From an uncultured Gemmatimonadaceae bacterium (GTDB lineage Bacteria; Gemmatimonadota; Gemmatimonadetes; Gemmatimonadales; Gemmatimonadaceae): a stretch of DNA of 64,000 bases. The stretch lies in the NCBI GenBank assembly GCA_963790305.1, contig CAWBOC010000009.1, forward strand, positions 800,001 to 864,000. Reading direction: 5' to 3'. The notes under the pieces were generated by a model. That model was not told the DNA's origin. It was given only the letters and a program-made list of their open reading frames with translations, and made no database searches. Of the stretch, positions 47,281 through 56,300 are shown piece by piece. The position numbers and the translations under genes were made by a program. Position 1 is the stretch's first letter, and each line of letters starts with the position of its first letter.

Positions 47281-47324
47281 TCACCTCGATAACCTCGACA
47301 CCCTCGACGACATCGACCACCTCG
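47281..47324. repeat. Family C lone right arm (C4)
   Basis: CACCTCGAT AACCTCGAC ACCCTCGAC GACATCGAC CACCTCG with no adjacent left arm. Confidence 0.75.
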
Positions 47325-47340
47325 CATTCCGGAGAAGCCC

Positions 47341-47817
47341 GTGAAGCTGCCAGCACTTTGCGCTCTGGCCATGAGCGCAGCCATGACACTCTCTCTCGGT
47401 GCGCAGGCACGCCCGGATACAGCCACGGCCGCTCAGCTGCCCAGCGTCGAGCTGCCACGCGACCTCGCGCGCGTGCTCACCGACTATGAAACCGAATGGC
47501 GACGCAACGGCGCGGCCGTCGCCCAGCTGTTCACGGAGGACGGCTTCGTGCTCTCGGGCGGGCGTCCGCCGATTCGCGGGCGCGCGGCCATCGCCCAGCA
47601 CTACGGGAGCGGTGGAGGCGGGCCGCTTTCACTTCGCGCGCTCGCTTACGCCGCCGAAGGGTCGGTCGGATACATCATCGGCGGATACACGATGGAGCGA
47701 GGAACGCCGGATATCGGAAAGTTCACCCTGACGCTGCGCAAGCGGCCCGACGGGCGGTGGATGATCGTCTCCGACATGGACAATCCGAATCGACCTCCGC
47801 AGCGACGTTCTCCGTAA
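47341..47817 (+). CDS. Secreted NTF2-like (DUF4440/SnoaL) protein
   Basis: Signal peptide; LFTEDG, IRGRAAI, GKFTL.LRK..DGRW.IVSD. Confidence 0.8.
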   Translation: MKLPALCALAMSAAMTLSLGAQARPDTATAAQLPSVELPRDLARVLTDYETEWRRNGAAVAQLFTEDGFVLSGGRPPIRGRAAIAQHYGSGGGGPLSLRALAYAAEGSVGYIIGGYTMERGTPDIGKFTLTLRKRPDGRWMIVSDMDNPNRPPQRRSP

Positions 47818-47827
47818 TCACGGGCAT

Positions 47828-48601
47828 CTACGTGATGCTCGCCCACGCGCCTTCGCATTCCTCGCACCCGCTGCCGCGCGGGTGAAGGAAGATCACCGGA
47901 TCGCGACGCACTTGCTCGACCACGACGTCGATCACGTCCCGCGAGCGCGTGAGGCGCGCCTGCCCATGTCCCACCGGTCCCTCGCGCTGTAAGCCTCGCT
48001 CGCGAAGCCAGCCGTCGGCGAGCGTGAACCGCTGACAGCAGTGGTCGTTCTCGCCGTACTCGATGCGCACCGGGCGCCCGTCGACCAGGTGCGTGATGTG
48101 CTTCGGCACACGATACGGCGCACCACCGAGCACCTCGGCGAGGTGAATCGTGGTGTTGGCGTCGTGCCCCACGCCGAGCAAAAGGATCTGCGCGTCGAGC
48201 TCCCACGCTCGGCCGATCGCGCTCTCGAGTCGATGCGGTGGAATCGGTAACGGGTCGCTCGTTATGCGCTGGGCTTCGGGACCGAGGGCGGCGAAGGTGA
48301 AAGGATGATCGGTTCGCACGGCGCCCGGCTGTCGCCAGAACGTGTCCGCGATGACACCCAGGTCTACCGCGCTCGGCGCGTTGGGATCGAAGGGATGCTC
48401 GTCATCGCCGGGCCAGGACGGCATCACGATCGTACCCCGCGGGCCGGCGGCCTCGAGCAGCGCATCGATCACGCCCTGCGGGCCGCCCTCGACCGGTCTG
48501 ATCGCGCGGTACGAGGAATGGACGACGAGCACCCCGCCCGGCTCGACCCCGAGGTCGAGGAGCTGGGTCGCGAGAGCAGAGGGTGTGACGGCCGTCGACA
48601 C
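47828..48601 (-). CDS. Aminoglycoside 3-N-acetyltransferase, AAC(3)-IV-like
   Basis: LGV.PGGVL.VHSS, MPSW, LLLGVGHDANTT.HLAE, ENDHCC.RF.LAD, FLHP...GCEEC. Confidence 0.9.
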   Translation of the reverse strand: MSTAVTPSALATQLLDLGVEPGGVLVVHSSYRAIRPVEGGPQGVIDALLEAAGPRGTIVMPSWPGDDEHPFDPNAPSAVDLGVIADTFWRQPGAVRTDHPFTFAALGPEAQRITSDPLPIPPHRLESAIGRAWELDAQILLLGVGHDANTTIHLAEVLGGAPYRVPKHITHLVDGRPVRIEYGENDHCCQRFTLADGWLRERGLQREGPVGHGQARLTRSRDVIDVVVEQVRRDPVIFLHPRGSGCEECEGAWASIT

Positions 48602-48731
48602 ACCGAACTATATGCGCCGGGATGACTACGTAAGATGGCGTATGTCGGCGAGACGCTGACGGACCGATCCTAGAGGGGGAGAGGCGGTTAACGCAGCTCC
48701 GTCGTCGTTACACGAACTGCGCGAGGGGAGA

Positions 48732-49154
48732 ATGCGAAAGACACTCGCTGTCGTGGGCTCGATTACCGTGCTGACGAGCTGCATCAGCTACTACCCGGTA
48801 CAGCCGGGCGAACAGCCCGAACCGGCGTCGACGGTAACGGTGACGTTCGCGTCGCCGCGCGACCTCGAGGCCATGCACGACACGGTGGTGTACGCCCTTC
48901 CCGCCGTCGACAGGGTCCATGGCGAGATGCAATACTCGATCGGCGACACCCTCCTGCTCCGCGTGCTGCTGGTCGAGTCGAACCAACAGCAGCCAGAGCT
49001 TCCGGCCGGCGCCCGCCTAGCGCTGTTTCGCGACGCGTCAACCCGCGTCGCCATGCGCGGTACATCTCCCGGAAAGACGATCGGACTTCTGGCCTTGACC
49101 CTCGTGGGAGTGCTGGCGATCGGTTTGGCGACCGACCCTGTACCGAGCTACTAA
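48732..49154 (+). CDS. Hypothetical lipoprotein, paralogue 2
   Basis: Lipobox LTSC, TFASPRDLEA, C-terminal hydrophobic helix. Confidence 0.8.
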   Translation: MRKTLAVVGSITVLTSCISYYPVQPGEQPEPASTVTVTFASPRDLEAMHDTVVYALPAVDRVHGEMQYSIGDTLLLRVLLVESNQQQPELPAGARLALFRDASTRVAMRGTSPGKTIGLLALTLVGVLAIGLATDPVPSY

Positions 49155-49182
49155 GCCGCCACGCTGGCGAAAAGGAGAACGC

Positions 49183-49623
49183 ATGCCTTGCAAGAGTGCC
49201 GTCATTGCCGCTGGTCTTCTGACGTTGGTCGCGTGCGAGAGCCCGACCGAGCCGGAGCGCTGCGCCGGGATGGTGCAGGAGGGAGAGCTCCACGTCGTGA
49301 TCGGTCCGCGGCCCGGTCTGTTCGGCTATGGTGAGATCGTCTTCGTCGGTGACACGCTGCCCCTCTCGGCGGAGGTGCGTCCGGCGGTGGGTGCGTCGGT
49401 CGATTTCTGGGGCACGGGAGCTTGTGCGGTCGATTATGGCGACCCGATTTCGGCTGCGATCGAATGGTCGTCATCGGATGCGCTGACCGCCACCGTCAGC
49501 GCCACGGGCATGGTCGCCGGCAAGCGCGAGGGAGAGGCGGTCATTACCGCTCGAGCCCCCGCGCAGAACATCAGTGGGAGCCGGGAGATTTACGTCTGGG
49601 TGCGGGGCTCGGGAGCACCGTAG
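49183..49623 (+). CDS. Lipoprotein with Ig-like (Big_2) domain
   Basis: Lipobox LVAC; WSSSD..TATVSATG.V.G...GEAVITA. Confidence 0.8.
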   Translation: MPCKSAVIAAGLLTLVACESPTEPERCAGMVQEGELHVVIGPRPGLFGYGEIVFVGDTLPLSAEVRPAVGASVDFWGTGACAVDYGDPISAAIEWSSSDALTATVSATGMVAGKREGEAVITARAPAQNISGSREIYVWVRGSGAP

Positions 49624-49647
49624 TCACACAATCACGCGGGAGGGAGC

Positions 49648-50070
49648 ATGCGAAAGGCACTCGCCGTCGTAAGCTCGATCACGGTGTTGACGAGCTGCTC
49701 GAGCTACTACCCCAGGCGGACGGACGAGCAGCTTGCCCCGGCATCGACGATCACGCTGACGTTCGCGTCGCCGCGGGACCTCGAGGCCACCCGCGACACG
49801 GTGGTCTATGTCCTTCCCGCCGTCGAAAAGGTCTATGGGAAAGTCGAGCGCGCGACGGGGGACACCCTCGTGTTGCGCGGCCTGCTGCTCGAATCAGACC
49901 GGCGCCAGCCGAGTCTGCCGCGAGAGGCGCGCCTAACGATCGTGCCCGACCCGTCGACCAACGTGGCGATTCGCCGTGCCTCTCGCGAGAAGACGGTGGC
50001 GCTGCTTGGCGGGCTGACCCTCCTGGGCGGAATCGCGCTCGCGTTGGCGACGCTTGCGCGCGGGTCGTGA
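49648..50070 (+). CDS. Hypothetical lipoprotein, paralogue 3
   Basis: Lipobox LTSC, TFASPRDLEA, C-terminal hydrophobic helix. Confidence 0.8.
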   Translation: MRKALAVVSSITVLTSCSSYYPRRTDEQLAPASTITLTFASPRDLEATRDTVVYVLPAVEKVYGKVERATGDTLVLRGLLLESDRRQPSLPREARLTIVPDPSTNVAIRRASREKTVALLGGLTLLGGIALALATLARGS

Positions 50071-50136
50071 GAGATGCATATGCCAGGAGGCGGCTCATCG
50101 ATCCCTCCAGTTCACGACCTCCCGCAGTGGATCCTC

Positions 50137-50859
50137 CTACTGAGGAGGTCGCTGGACGGTCAAGTTCCTGAAGTGCGCAACCGTTCCGGGTCCGATCCAG
50201 AGCGCGACCGAGCCCTTTGCTGACGCACCGGTCTTCACGTCGTTGACGATGAGCGTCGGCTGCTCCTGACCGTGCACGTAGAGGCGCGCGCGGTCGCCGC
50301 GCACCTCGATCCTGATCCTCGTCCATACGCCGGGCTGGAGATCGACGTACGATTCGTACTTCGACGGCGTCTCACGCCGAAGTCGAAACCACGTCCACTC
50401 GGGGTGTGAGATGTATTGAGCGGCGTGATTCCGCCGCTCCTGATCCTCGGCTCGGCCGTTCGTCGGACGGAGGTAGAACGCGTCGTAGGTCTGCATGTCG
50501 TTCTGCAGCCGGAAGGCGATCCCGACGAACCCGCGCGCTCCACCAGCCGCGCCGGGGCCCGGCGCGCCGGCAATCTCGACCTCGATGACGCCGTTCGCGA
50601 ACTCGAGGCCCTCGATGACGGCGAGCTGCTCGAACAGCGCTTGTTGATCCGGCGTCATGCTCTGCAATCGGCGCGAAGCGTCTTCCGAGATCGCAACTCG
50701 CAAGCCCTTCTTGCCTTCGAGCACCGCGGGTTCGGCCGCTACGTTATGCAGGCGAAGGCCGCTCGCAGACTCCAGCGGGAAGCGCCTGACCTGAGCTGAC
50801 GAGCCGGCCGGCAGTGTGATGGCAATCGCGGTGAGGACAAACAGCGGCAGCTTGTTCAT
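50137..50859 (-). CDS. Secreted jelly-roll (DUF1080/LamG-like) protein
   Basis: Signal peptide; FANGVIEVEI, GFVGIAFR, FYLRPTN, AHFRNL. Confidence 0.7.
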   Translation of the reverse strand: MNKLPLFVLTAIAITLPAGSSAQVRRFPLESASGLRLHNVAAEPAVLEGKKGLRVAISEDASRRLQSMTPDQQALFEQLAVIEGLEFANGVIEVEIAGAPGPGAAGGARGFVGIAFRLQNDMQTYDAFYLRPTNGRAEDQERRNHAAQYISHPEWTWFRLRRETPSKYESYVDLQPGVWTRIRIEVRGDRARLYVHGQEQPTLIVNDVKTGASAKGSVALWIGPGTVAHFRNLTVQRPPQ

Positions 50860-51031
50860 GGCTTCTCCACGTGAACGTGAAGGCCCTCACGGGCCACCCA
50901 GTGGATTCTTCACGTTCGGAGGTAGCCTCGTCCAGTGCTCCCGTGTCAGGATTGCTTCAAGATCGCTGTGCGCGGAGATGGTCTCGACCGCTTCGGCGCT
51001 GGCCGCGGGCGAAAGGAAGCAAAGCGTTTCT

Positions 51032-51142
51032 TGAACGCAGAGGACGCGGAGGTACGCAGAGGAACTTTAACTGCGAGTGCTTTGTGGAAAATGCTCCCGC
51101 AGTTGACGTTTCCTCTGCGTACCTCCGCGTCCTCTGCGTTCA
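51032..51142. repeat. Perfect 33-bp inverted repeat of ACGCAGAGG-type units (cargo-less element)
   Basis: TGAACGCAGAGGACGCGGAGGTACGCAGAGGAA at 51032-51064 with its exact reverse complement at 51110-51142. Confidence 0.92.
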
Positions 51143-51296
51143 CAAAAACTCACTCAGATCAATCCTGGCGAGCCGCACCTTCTGCCCCGTCCTCGCCTGA
51201 TCCCCTACCTAACGCGGGACGACTACTACGTACGATGGCGTATTTCGCTCCCTCGCCGGATGCCCGATTGTATCGGTGTCAGGACAAGAGGGGCTC

Positions 51297-52343
51297 ATGC
51301 GCTACATCGTCGTCGTGGCCGCCTGCATCGGAACGCTCGCCGGGTGCCACTCGGATTCACCGACCGGTCCGCCCGTCTACCAGCCGATACCGCCCCCGCC
51401 GCTGGAAGCGCTACCGTTCGACCAGCTCGGCAGTGGGACGTTCGTGTTCATGCGCGAAGGGGCGGGACCGCCGATCTATAGCGCGGCCTACGTGATAGAC
51501 GGCTCTGGCCGCATCACTCTTCCTGCGCTGGGAAGCTCGGGCCGAATAGTAGATGCCCCGAGCGTAGCGCCAGATGGCCGACGGATCGCCTTCCTCGGGT
51601 ATAGTCGCGAGGCCACCGCGGCCTGGGACGTGTACGTCGCGAATCTCGACGGGAGCAATGAGCAACGCGTCGCCACGTTCGACTTCAACGCCGAAGGCCC
51701 GCCATTGTGGACGCCGGACGGAAGCCAGATCGCCTTCGTCGTAGGCGCCGGGGACTACGCGTTTATCTATCGACAGTCGCCAGTTTCATCGCCGACTGAC
51801 CGGGTGGTCGTTCGAAGCCTCATGGGCGCAGCAGACGGCTCACCGTGCCCCTTCATGCATCGCTCGAACGGGCCCATTTCGGTCTCGGGGGAAGGGGTAA
51901 TCGCGCTTAACTGCATCGGCAGCGAGATCGACGTCATACAGGCCGACGGAACGGTGACGGCCTCATACATCCCTCCGGCCCGACCCGCTGGCCACACGTC
52001 GGTCGTTCATGCGCCCGCGTGGTCGCCCGATGGCGAACAGCTCGCCTTCCTCGAGGAGATTCGCAACGCGAGCGGCTTCGTAGGAACCTCCGTCATTGTG
52101 GTAGAGCCATCCCGAGGACCGCCGACAGTCCTCGCAACGGTGCCCTCGAGTGCCGTAGGCGAGTACACCAACTTCGGCCCGTATTCATTGTGTTGGCTGC
52201 CGGGCGGCTCAGGAATCATGTTCACCGCGCCTGATGGGCCAACGGCGACGCATGTCTTCATTGTCGTACTCGAGAGTGGGGTGGTCACGCGAGTGACGTC
52301 GGCAGCGAACGTGCTCGACCACAGCGTTTCGTGCTCTCGGTGA
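51297..52343 (+). CDS. Lipoprotein with TolB/PD40-like beta-propeller repeats
   Basis: Lipobox LAGC; APDGRRIAF, WTPDGSQIAF, WSPDGEQLAF. Confidence 0.82.
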   Translation: MRYIVVVAACIGTLAGCHSDSPTGPPVYQPIPPPPLEALPFDQLGSGTFVFMREGAGPPIYSAAYVIDGSGRITLPALGSSGRIVDAPSVAPDGRRIAFLGYSREATAAWDVYVANLDGSNEQRVATFDFNAEGPPLWTPDGSQIAFVVGAGDYAFIYRQSPVSSPTDRVVVRSLMGAADGSPCPFMHRSNGPISVSGEGVIALNCIGSEIDVIQADGTVTASYIPPARPAGHTSVVHAPAWSPDGEQLAFLEEIRNASGFVGTSVIVVEPSRGPPTVLATVPSSAVGEYTNFGPYSLCWLPGGSGIMFTAPDGPTATHVFIVVLESGVVTRVTSAANVLDHSVSCSR

Positions 52344-52379
52344 CCGGGGCAGTACACTGACGCGACCGGTCCATTCTCG

Positions 52380-55300
52380 CTACTCCGCGGGCGGACCGTG
52401 CATCTCGATGCGGACGCCGCCCTCGCCTTGCTGGCCACGCCCCGGCATCAGTGGGTTCTTCACGTTCGCCGGCAGCTTCGCCCACTGCTCCGGCGTGAGG
52501 ATCGCCTCGAGATCCTTCGCGGCCTGCTCCGCCATCCGGCGGGCCGCCTGGAGGTTGTCGCGCATGCGGAACATTGTCGTCTGGGGATCCGGATTAGCCC
52601 CGACGTTGCCCAACACCTCGGCGATCTTCGCGATGGCTGTGTCGGCGCGGGCCTGAAGCGAGTCCCCCTTCACCGTGAGCGCGGCCTTTTGCTCAGCCGT
52701 CAGCCCCAGCGCCAGTGAATCGTTGAGCTCGATTGTCCGCCGGAATGGATTCGGGATCGTTCGCTGCATGCGCTGGCGCAGCTGCTCGGCGTTCATCTGC
52801 CGGCCACCAGGCCCGCGCGTCATCGCGCGAATCTGCTCGCGCGCTGGATCGGAGCCTAACGCCGCACGCACCTGAACGGCCAGCTGGAATGGCGAGCGGA
52901 ACGCGCTCCGCGACCCCTGCGCTGCACCGAAGCGCTCGTTGATCTCGTATTTGAAGCGCTGCGCGCTCGCATCGAAGCCGCGGACGTACATGAGCGTGCG
53001 ATCGGGGAAGCTCGGCTGGCCCCAGCCGCGGAGGTCGTCGTGCAGCAGCTGATCGAGCCCGGCGAGCGCATTGAGTGCGAGCACCGAGAAGGTGACGCGC
53101 CGGTTGAGCCCCCACCGGTTCGGACGGATGTTGAGCTGAAGGTCGAGCGACGAGCTCCAGGGCGCCGAGCAGGAGTTGCGCGACGCTATCGTCCCGAGCT
53201 GCGATGACAGACACTCGCGCGCGCGCTCCGGCGCCGTCGTCAGCAGGCGCATCATCCCGTGGACGACGGCGGTGTCGTATATGCTTTGCGGGCTAAAGGG
53301 GAGATGAATGAAAGCGCGATCGTTGCGCGCGCCGTCGCCGTTGACGTCGCCGCCGACCATCGGCGTGAAGCGCGCGCCCGAGCTGGCGCGGAAGATGGCC
53401 GAGAGCTCGAGTCCGGGGTTGAACGGCCACATGATCGTGCCGGTGATCGAGTGCCGACGCTCCTGGTCGCTGCGCCCCCAGTCGACGACGCGCGGATCAC
53501 CAGCGACGGACGAGCCGCCAAAGCCCTGCCCGCCACCCATCACCTGATCGCGCGAGCGCGTGAAGGTGTACGAGGTATTGAGCATGATCAGCCGGCGCGT
53601 GAAGAATCCATTCACGCCAAGGGTGAGCTGGCGCGTGTCCGACTTGAGCTTCGATGTGAGCTCGTTGACGAACCCGAACGTCTCGTAGACCCGCGAGGCG
53701 AGGAGCGGAACACCGCCGGTCATGGTGTCGATGGCCGCTGGACTCACGAACACCGGCCGATTCCCTTCCTCGGCGAGCGTGAATCCCGGCGTTGGGACGA
53801 GGTTGAGGTCGGTCGTCCCCATCTGACTCACGCCCCGCGCGAACGACGCGTCGAGCGAAACGTTCACGCGCTGATCCAGCAGTCGCCGGCTCACACCTAA
53901 CGATCCACGCCACGCCCTCGGCGCCCCGAAGCCGGGATCGAACACCGTGACGTTGGGCCTCGCAATGCGCTCCGGCGCCGCCGGGCCGGTGCACTCGGTG
54001 GGGATCCAGCCGGGGTCGCTCACGTACGACTCCCAGTCCGGCAGCGGTATCGACGACCCGATGCAGACGAGCTGGAACTCGCCACTCTGAAGCCCGGTCG
54101 CCTCACGAGCGAGGCCGAACAGGTGCGAGGGCGCGCGTCCGCGGAACTCGCCGATCCCTCCGCGAATGGTGAAGTTCGCCGGGCGGAACCGACCCTCCTG
54201 GCGGTTCTCGACGAGTCCGGGCATCCAGGTAAAGCCGATGCGTGGACTGACGTGCACCTCCGATGGGAATCGATCGGTGCGACGTCCGAACACCGATTCG
54301 ACGGCCGGGTTGTACGTCGCGGCCTCGGGATAGCGCGATGCTTCGAGGCGCACGCCATACGTGAGCTGGAGACGCGAGCTCTTGCGCCAGGCGTCGCCGA
54401 GGTAGAGCGCGGCGTTCTGGGATGCAGACTTGCGGTCGCCGGCGCTGAGCGTGCGGGTGAATTGGGCCGGGTTGTTGTTCTCGAAGTCCTCGAGGCTGTT
54501 GAAGGTGAACGTGCCGTAGCGATTCGGGATGAGGCCGACGTTCGACCGCTCCTGATTGAGCAGGCCGCCGAGCTTCACGCGGTGGGCGCCGTCCGGTGAG
54601 ATCCAGGAGATCTCATCGGAGATCTCGCGAAGCATCGTGCGCGTGGCCTGCGGCAGTGATGGGTTGCCGCCGAACTGAAGCGTCGTGATGCCGCCGGTGA
54701 TCGTGTCGCGCGTCACGACACGGCCGTCCGGGATCGAGATGTAAGGGTCGGTGTCGCGATTGTCGACCGACTGGTAGGCGCGCAGCTCGTTAATGAAAGA
54801 GCCGAGCTGCGACGTGAGCGTGAGCATGCCCCCGCCGCCGGTGTTGTCCCCTTCCCCGCCGTTGTTAGGTACGGCGAGTGGTCCGATGCGGGTGGCTTCC
54901 TGTGCGGACCAGCGAAAGTCGCCGCGCGCCATGAGCGTGTGAGAGTCGGTGAGCCGGTAGTCGGCGCGAACGAGAGTCGAGGCGTGGTCGACGAGGGCGT
55001 CGCGCGGGATGCCGGGAAGCGTGGCCGGGATCCCCTGCGAGTTCATGGCGACGAGGAAGCGATCAACGAGCGCGGGGTCGGTGCCTAACCGCTGGAGCGT
55101 GACCGAGTCGGCGGAGAGGAGCGACATGAGGTCGGTCGTGCGGCGCGAGATCGTGAATGCACCGAACGCGAAAGCCTTGTCCTTGACGATCGGCAGGCCG
55201 AAGCCGCCCGACAGCTGGTTCTGCCGGTATTTGCCGAACGACGCGTCCTCATCGACGAACTCGAGCGACGGATCGCGGAACGAGTAGTTGAAGACCCCCT

Positions 55301-56057
55301 GCTTCATGTTGGTGCCGCCGCGCGTCGTCGAGGCGATCATGCCACCGGTGAACTGGCCGCGGCCGACGTCGTAGGTGCTGGTGATGATGCGCGTGTTGCG
55401 CAGCGCTTCCTGCGGGATCTCGCTTCTGCCGAAGGAGAGCCCGTCGAGGGTGATGCTGTTTTGGTCGGACGGCTGGCCGGCGACGGAGAAGGCCTGCGGC
55501 GTGGAGTCGGTGCCGGCGATGCCGATGACGCCGGGCGCGAGCGTGGCAAGGTCGTTGAGGTTGCCGGCGTCGACGGGCATGCGCGTCGTCTGGCCTGACG
55601 AGAGCAGGCGTTCGGTGTTGCCGGCTTCTGGTCGTGGCGGGCCTTGGGGTCGCTGTTGGCCGCGGACGACGACGGGGGCGAGCTCGTGGGCCTGCGCGCG
55701 GGACATTTGGACGTTGGCGACGAGGCGGTCTTCGTCGGCCTGGCGCTGGACGGTGGTCTGGAACGGCGCCATCCCGAGGTAGGTGACGCGGAGCGTGTAG
55801 GCGCCGCCGCCGTCGGGGAAGACGATGGAGTATTGGCCTTTGGCGTTCGTCAGGCGGTTCCGCGTGATTCCCGACTCAGCCGAGGTGACTTCGACGCGGG
55901 CGTTCTCGAGCGGGAGAGAGTCGGGGCCGGTGACGCGGCCGAGGATGATGTCGGTGGTCGAGCCAACCTGGGCCTTTGCCGGGAGCGGCACTATGACCCA
56001 GCCCAAGGCAAGGCTGAGCATCGCGAGAACACGGACGCCACCAGGAATAGGACGCAT
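52380..56057 (-). CDS. Oar-type TonB-dependent receptor-like protein with N-terminal carboxypeptidase-regulatory-like domain and helical C-terminal extension
   Basis: GRVTG...NARV...TNAKGQY; LATLAPGV; TTRGGTN; YLGDAW..LTYGVRLE; SPRIGFTW. Confidence 0.82.
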   Translation of the reverse strand: MRPIPGGVRVLAMLSLALGWVIVPLPAKAQVGSTTDIILGRVTGPDSLPLENARVEVTSAESGITRNRLTNAKGQYSIVFPDGGGAYTLRVTYLGMAPFQTTVQRQADEDRLVANVQMSRAQAHELAPVVVRGQQRPQGPPRPEAGNTERLLSSGQTTRMPVDAGNLNDLATLAPGVIGIAGTDSTPQAFSVAGQPSDQNSITLDGLSFGRSEIPQEALRNTRIITSTYDVGRGQFTGGMIASTTRGGTNMKQGVFNYSFRDPSLEFVDEDASFGKYRQNQLSGGFGLPIVKDKAFAFGAFTISRRTTDLMSLLSADSVTLQRLGTDPALVDRFLVAMNSQGIPATLPGIPRDALVDHASTLVRADYRLTDSHTLMARGDFRWSAQEATRIGPLAVPNNGGEGDNTGGGGMLTLTSQLGSFINELRAYQSVDNRDTDPYISIPDGRVVTRDTITGGITTLQFGGNPSLPQATRTMLREISDEISWISPDGAHRVKLGGLLNQERSNVGLIPNRYGTFTFNSLEDFENNNPAQFTRTLSAGDRKSASQNAALYLGDAWRKSSRLQLTYGVRLEASRYPEAATYNPAVESVFGRRTDRFPSEVHVSPRIGFTWMPGLVENRQEGRFRPANFTIRGGIGEFRGRAPSHLFGLAREATGLQSGEFQLVCIGSSIPLPDWESYVSDPGWIPTECTGPAAPERIARPNVTVFDPGFGAPRAWRGSLGVSRRLLDQRVNVSLDASFARGVSQMGTTDLNLVPTPGFTLAEEGNRPVFVSPAAIDTMTGGVPLLASRVYETFGFVNELTSKLKSDTRQLTLGVNGFFTRRLIMLNTSYTFTRSRDQVMGGGQGFGGSSVAGDPRVVDWGRSDQERRHSITGTIMWPFNPGLELSAIFRASSGARFTPMVGGDVNGDGARNDRAFIHLPFSPQSIYDTAVVHGMMRLLTTAPERARECLSSQLGTIASRNSCSAPWSSSLDLQLNIRPNRWGLNRRVTFSVLALNALAGLDQLLHDDLRGWGQPSFPDRTLMYVRGFDASAQRFKYEINERFGAAQGSRSAFRSPFQLAVQVRAALGSDPAREQIRAMTRGPGGRQMNAEQLRQRMQRTIPNPFRRTIELNDSLALGLTAEQKAALTVKGDSLQARADTAIAKIAEVLGNVGANPDPQTTMFRMRDNLQAARRMAEQAAKDLEAILTPEQWAKLPANVKNPLMPGRGQQGEGGVRIEMHGPPAE

Positions 56058-56300
56058 TCTGAAATAGGCCTTGTTAAGCGGGAGAGCCCCACCACACCGG
56101 AGTAGTCTCTAGTGTTCGTCACCTAATTACGGGGACCGGGTTTGCCGCGTTGCAACGGACTTTGATCCGCAGGTGGCGGGTTCGAGACGAACGAATCATT
56201 TGGAGCAACCTCATTCGGATAGGCGGCCTGGATTGCCGGCAACCGGCGCGCGTGCCATCATCGCCGTAGCGGTACAGTGGCACTCATACGGAGGTAGGCG

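Noticed and set aside
56155..56192. tRNA-like fragment (CGGACTTTGATCCG...GGGTTCGAGA)
   Set aside because: The anticodon loop is only 6 nt, the T-stem does not pair, and there is no acceptor stem or D-arm
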